The position numbers were made by a program, and so were the translations under genes. A stretch of DNA of 64,000 nt from Schizochytrium sp. TIO01 (lineage: Eukaryota > Protista > Bigyra: Labyrinthulomycetes). The notes beneath the pieces were generated by a model. The model was not told where the DNA came from. It saw nothing but the letters and a program-made list of their open reading frames with translations, and ran no database searches. Shown here one piece after another: positions 58,975 through 64,000 of the stretch. The stretch spans positions 6,686,029-6,750,028 of the forward strand of contig SMSO01000014.1 of assembly GCA_004764695.1 (NCBI GenBank), in the 5' to 3' direction. The stretch's first letter is position 1; the number at the start of each line of letters is the position of its first letter.

Positions 58975-60031
58975 CTATGATACGACACACGTTCGTGATT
59001 TGTGGTGGTACAGGCGAACAATCACGCATGAGCAATTATCCCTTGAACCCCGCTCAATCGCCTTTTCAACAAGAACGGTTGCTACTGCATCGCAGCGTTC
59101 TGCTGGTGTGTTTCTTTCTTGTGAGGAGTCTAACTTCTTCAGCTCGTTGCTTACCAGCGTCGCAGCCTCCCCACTGGTAAAAACATTCCATACGCCATCG
59201 CAGGCAAGAACTACTGCGAGATCATCCGGTGTTACATAATGTGATACGATCTCGGGGTCCGCACTGACAAGATCTTCTGTAATAGGCTTTTCTGGACTCG
59301 CCCACGAGGTCACACGCGGAAGCTTGAATGCAAAGTCACCCAACGATCGCGTGACTGCCAAGCTCCCGAGTACTCGAAGTGCTCCAGCTTCATTTCGAGA
59401 TGGAGGCGGGCCTATAAAACCCCCGGCACTCTCAATCCTAGTCCCGCTCCATCTCTAGCTCCGGCACGTGATCTCTGCTAAGGGCCACGAAGGATCCGTC
59501 ACGGCGAACACAAATAGCTCGCGAGTCACCTGCATTTGCACAAGTCAACTTGAGGTTTTCATCCACATCTCCAGTGAGAGCTGTCACCACTGCGGTGCAT
59601 CCGCTCTGATATTCCATACTATCAACAAAATTTTGATCTAAATGGGTTCTTAGCAACTCATCTGTTTTTGCAAATACCTCCTTCAACGCTTTCCCAGGAT
59701 CATCTTTGCACAAATCATGGCGGGCAAGCAGATAAGGAATCATTCGACTACTAAAGAATGCGGACTCTCGTCCGCCGTGACCATCAAATACCCCAAAGCA
59801 GCTAAGAATAGAGCTCTTGTCTTTGCACATATGAAGTTGAACAGATGCTGTTGCTGTCCCCCCGTCACCATCGTCGTCGTCAGTACGCTCTGACAACAAC
59901 TTCGAAACTTCAACATCTGTGATATCTAATGAGCAATGCAGTGCTGTGGCGTCCTCCATGGACCGTCGCGTTCCGATGCGCTCACATCCTCCTGCTGCAC
60001 AGATCAGAGGCTTGCCGTGCCCATTCACCAT
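58975..60031 (-). CDS. Protein phosphatase 2C (PPM family), about 351 aa, one +1 frameshift at 59443-59445
   Basis: GTRRSMEDA, FGVFDGHGG, SGCTAVV, ANAGDSRA and LSRDHVP. Removing one base restores ERTRIESAGGFI...LRVLGSLAVTRSLGD, then LACDGVWN and GSRDNCSCVIV. First ATG is at 60031. Confidence 0.93.
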
Positions 60032-62594
60032 AGCCCCGTTGTTGCTAATTTGCCGCCCGCACGCATGCAAAAGCAAGGCCTTATACACAGATCGCTGTAC
60101 CTTGTAGTATGTGATCTCTAACTCTCGTTGTCTCCAGGAATCAAGTTTGGAGGCCACTTGATGCCTACTCTTTAGCACGCGCAGCCTTCGTTTTTCTTTT
60201 CTATTATAGCAACCAGGTCTGCTCTAATACTCTGCTCTGTTGCTGGAACTGCTAGACCTCCCGCTTCGACGTTTCTCCGTGCCAGAGATTCCAATACAAT
60301 TGTATATGTCAGAATTGTAGGACAAACCACAAACTGCGCGAGAACTCTAAACTATAACTGGTTGCCCAACTCTATGGAAAAGGTTCAGTTATACCTATAC
60401 CTATGAAATCAATCTATATGCTACTACGTCCAGTTTGTAAATTTTTTGTAATGCTAACTGTTGACTCGAAACTAACTCCATTCATTTACGATTTCGTAAG
60501 GTATGCCTAACGAGCAGCTTTATACCAAAACTGCCGCAACCGGAGAAACCTCGTCCCGTCTCCTGGTGTTTCAATACCGTAATCATTTTTTTTATGGCAC
60601 AACGCTTCCTGTCGTGTGCCTGGACGCCACTTTAAGCATTTACTTTAAAACAATTTTTGTGGTCTCTTTTACTGATCCTTCTATTTTCATTACCTCCAGA
60701 ATCACTGATCGTTGCGACAGCTCGTCGGTCAATCGTCAAAAATAGACGATTGAAAACAAAAGTGTGTCTCTTTTGGTCAAGGCAATCGTGTTATTGCAAT
60801 TCAAAGAGTGCGTAGATCCGTTGAGTACACACCTCGTCAAGAGTAGTGGGTGTACTTGGTTTTGGGGTGGAGAAGTGGCGAGTGTCAAATAAAGACAGCA
60901 AAGCACGATAAAGGGTAAGTTGGCGAACACGCAGATGGTCTATTAGCTAACTAAAATGCAGAGCAAAAACGATGCGGGTTGAAAGGTAACATTATATTTC
61001 GCGAAAGCGATGTGGTTGCTTTCTCTTATTCTCCTTGAGATTACTGAAGCCCCTCAAGACTTACTTTCGAAAAGTAATATTTCTTTCTGATGTTAACTGA
61101 AAAAGCTTAGTGACCTCTGCAGTGGCGGCTTGTAGCTGTAAGCAAGGGAGGGGAACATAATCCATTACCCAGCTTAATGAAAATAGTGTTCGGGGTAAAC
61201 CACTCGTTTATCTCCTTCTTTGTTGGTGTATCCCTCTTTTATTGTTGTTGATATAAAAATATACATATGAAGGCCTATATAGAATGGAAAATAAACAAAC
61301 TTTAATGAATATTGTGGTTCAGTTTTCTTCTGCCTGAGAACATTTAAAAAATTAAGAAAAAAAAGGAAAGAGTTGAAGATTACCTGCATAAGGTGTGTTC
61401 AAAGTCTGCCTCTATCTTTGATGGAATACCGTATTCACGGATCAAGAGATTGAATTGTGTTGCACGATGGATTAACGCCAGAACCACCAGCAAAAGATGC
61501 CAAATCTCGGATTTTTCAGCTTTAAAAACCTCCTAGAAATTGATTTCCACAAACAGGAGACACCGGTGCCTGGTGTCTTTGATACATTTCTCAGACTTTT
61601 CCCAGTTCAGTCATGCAAGTGGAAGTCAAATCCAGGGGGAGCTTATCCTTTGTTTCGCCTTTGTATGATTTCAGTTAATTTTCATATTGAGGAAAAAATT
61701 AAAGTTGATTCTTCACAAACCTATCTCTTACCTTCTTCCCAATATAGCATGCACACAAGCTCCCCTGTGTAATCTCATGATTCTATATCAGAGAGCACTT
61801 TTTAAAAACTAAAGTCAGAAAGTTATAAATCACTCTTTTCCTCCGCGATGCAAGAATCACACGACGATCCTAAAGATTTCCTATTCCCTCTGCTGTCCTA
61901 TTTGTCTCGTTAGTTATCGTCCAGTAGAATGTTTGGGAAGATAAGCTGTCAAATAACCTTACCTCAAGTGTTCTTGTCTTGGTCCTTGTCCTCATGTGAA
62001 ACCCTAAAGGCCAAGAATAACAATAACGCCATACCTGGTAGCCTCAATTAATTTGTTCTGCTCCAATTATTTCACGAGTTGAGAAAAAAAATGACCTAGG
62101 GCCAAAATCACGGAGCTATTAATAGCAGTACTTTCAACAATTTCACGTTTTTGAGAAGGCCTGAGGCGTGCGGAAAGAGAGAGAAAGAATACCGATCATT
62201 GTCTTTAATCAAAAAAGAAGAAAATGACATTGAAGGGCATTTCGGCTTTGACAATTTTCTACAATTTTACAAACCTAGATAGTAGCGAGGTTTATTTTTT
62301 GTTTCTTTGCTCCTGAGTCTTAAGTTTTAAAGTGGGTTTTAAACCCCAAGTAATCGACTGGATTAGCCCCTGATAATTTTTGTCTGCTCTATTCTATATG
62401 TTTGCTTGTTTGACTTCAGAAAAGGAGTACTCGCAACTCATTAAGAGTTCGGGAAAATAAGTGGGACCTAATTTGGTCCTAGATAGGACCTACGACAACC
62501 TAACGTCGAGAGCGCTCAAAGAAGACCCAACGACGATCAGATCGTGAACATTGCAGCAAGTGACCTTACTTTGGCATCGAGGAGATTCGTTGCG

Positions 62595-64000
62595 ATGAAA
62601 AGAACTCGTGCGGGGTCTACCTCCGGCGTGGATGCCCATAAAGCCGGACGCCGCAGTGGCCGTGGACGCAAGACTGGCGGCAAGTTTAACGATGGTCAAA
62701 ACCCCAGCGTGAGTTGGCGATCCAAGGTGGTTTGCGTGCACGACGGAAACAAGTTTTATGAAAAGGTCCGCATTGGAAAAGAGGAGTTCAAGGTTGGAGA
62801 TTTTATCTCCGTGCTGCTTTCCACGGCCACCGGCGAAGAAGAAGTTGCCATCGCAGTCCTGGAGTCCCTGTGGGATGATCTCGTGCAGAAGGAGCCCATG
62901 TGCGAAGTCCGGTGGTTTGTGGACCCTCAGGAAACACGAGCTGGTGTAGGAGATGAATCTGAGCTCTTCGAGGGCGATAAAATCCAAGAAGTCTCTTTGA
63001 GCGCTATCAATGGACATGTTTGTGTGGTTAGTGAAGAGGAGTTCTGGGAACGCACTCGAGAGCAGCCACTGCACGGCCTCGATGACGATGAAGAGCATAG
63101 CGAGGATGAAGATGATGAAGCTGATGAGAGTTCAAAAAAGCGAAAAGAAAAACATGGAGACGCGAGCAAGGACCAACATAAAGAAATTTACTTTTGCAAG
63201 GATTTCTTCTCTGAAGAGCTTCAGATGTTTCGTCCGAGCACACTGTTCGAGCTCGAACGACAACCTTGTGCGTATAGCAAGCGCCTTCGAGGCGTGGACC
63301 TTAACGATAACAAACTAGGTGACGAGGAAGCTGACAAATTTGCCAGAGCATTTCAACAGCTTCAACTCTCTGCAATCCCTCCAAGTCTCCCTTGTCGAGA
63401 GGAAGAACGTGCGACGATTCATACATTTCTACGTGATGCTGTGGCCCGCGGTGGTGCAGGTGGCGCCTTGTATATTTCTGGAATGCCCGGTACCGGCAAG
63501 ACAGCAACTGTACATGAAGTCGTGCGCTCACTACAGAGGGAATCTCAAAGTGGTGCGTTGCCTGAATTCGACTTTGTTGAGATCAATGGGATGCGCCTCC
63601 CACACCCTTATCAAGCTTACACTGAATTATACAAGTCTCTCTCTGGCCAGCACGCCTCCCAGACGCGTGCAGCACAGCTTCTTGAGCAATGGTTCTCCGG
63701 ATCAAGTCGTACTAGCGCGCAACAGAATGCTAAAACGTGTGTTCTTCTTGTTGATGAACTTGATTATATGGTCACAAGAAAACAAACCGTCCTCTACAAC
63801 TTGTTTGACTGGCCGACACGTCCGAATGTCCGTCTCGTTGTCGTGGGTATTGCAAATACTATGGATTTACCTGAGCGGCTTTTGCCGCGCATCGCAAGTC
63901 GTCTTGGTATGAGTCGTGTAGTATTCCAAAGTTACACACGTGACCAGCTTGAACGCATCATTCACGCTCGTTTAGAAGGTTTAGATATTTTTGAGGAAGA
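62595..64000 (+). CDS. ORC1: Origin recognition complex subunit 1 (BAH + AAA+), 3'-truncated by the window edge; not in the ORF track
   Basis: Open frame from ATG 62595 (MKRTRAGS) to the window end. BAH domain: FKVGDFISV, LESLWDD, EVRWFVDPQET, YFCKDFF. AAA+ region: LPCREEE, LYISGMPGTGKTATV, FVEINGMRL, VLLVDELDYM, QTVLYNLFDWP, GIANTMDLPERL and SRLG. Confidence 0.96.
   Translation, partial: MKRTRAGSTSGVDAHKAGRRSGRGRKTGGKFNDGQNPSVSWRSKVVCVHDGNKFYEKVRIGKEEFKVGDFISVLLSTATGEEEVAIAVLESLWDDLVQKEPMCEVRWFVDPQETRAGVGDESELFEGDKIQEVSLSAINGHVCVVSEEEFWERTREQPLHGLDDDEEHSEDEDDEADESSKKRKEKHGDASKDQHKEIYFCKDFFSEELQMFRPSTLFELERQPCAYSKRLRGVDLNDNKLGDEEADKFARAFQQLQLSAIPPSLPCREEERATIHTFLRDAVARGGAGGALYISGMPGTGKTATVHEVVRSLQRESQSGALPEFDFVEINGMRLPHPYQAYTELYKSLSGQHASQTRAAQLLEQWFSGSSRTSAQQNAKTCVLLVDELDYMVTRKQTVLYNLFDWPTRPNVRLVVVGIANTMDLPERLLPRIASRLGMSRVVFQSYTRDQLERIIHARLEGLDIFEE

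Noticed and set aside
60997-62008. TTTCGCGAAA palindrome (E2F-like) and AAACCCTAAA telo-box-like motif upstream of ORC1
   Set aside because: Single short, imperfect matches expected by chance; no conservation data available.
62490-63912. ORFs 62490-63098 (-), 63010-63318 (+) and 63319-63912 (+)
   Set aside because: Antisense or out-of-frame shadows of ORC1, whose true frame runs from 62595 past the window end.

Overview
Eukaryotic nuclear DNA with compact, apparently intron-less genes and microsatellite-rich spacers. The gene content (organellar-type HslU, Mic19, AP-3 delta, ORC1) and style suggest a protist, plausibly a stramenopile such as a thraustochytrid (inference only). The left arm (1-15.9 kb) holds HslU (5'-truncated), a Mic19/CHCHD3-like gene, an IQ-motif protein with a catalytically degenerate PTP/DSP-like domain, a TMEM135-like membrane protein, AP-3 delta and a STE20/MST-like kinase. 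The right arm (55.6-64 kb) holds an atypical AGC-like kinase, a PP2C phosphatase and ORC1 (BAH + AAA+, 3'-truncated, absent from the ORF track). Between them is about 40 kb with no intact gene. Manual three-frame reading suggests this is not random spacer. From about 16.7 to 50.3 kb, GC-rich islands on the + strand give broken armadillo-like helical repeat peptides and end in a PH-like domain. I read this as the fossil of one giant ARM+PH gene, disrupted by stops and frameshifts and inflated by microsatellites, short tandem duplications, fold-back inversions and AT-rich blocks. This call rests on pattern recognition, not an HMM search. Three otherwise intact genes carry four +1 frameshifts, each fixable by deleting one doubled base, most likely consensus errors.
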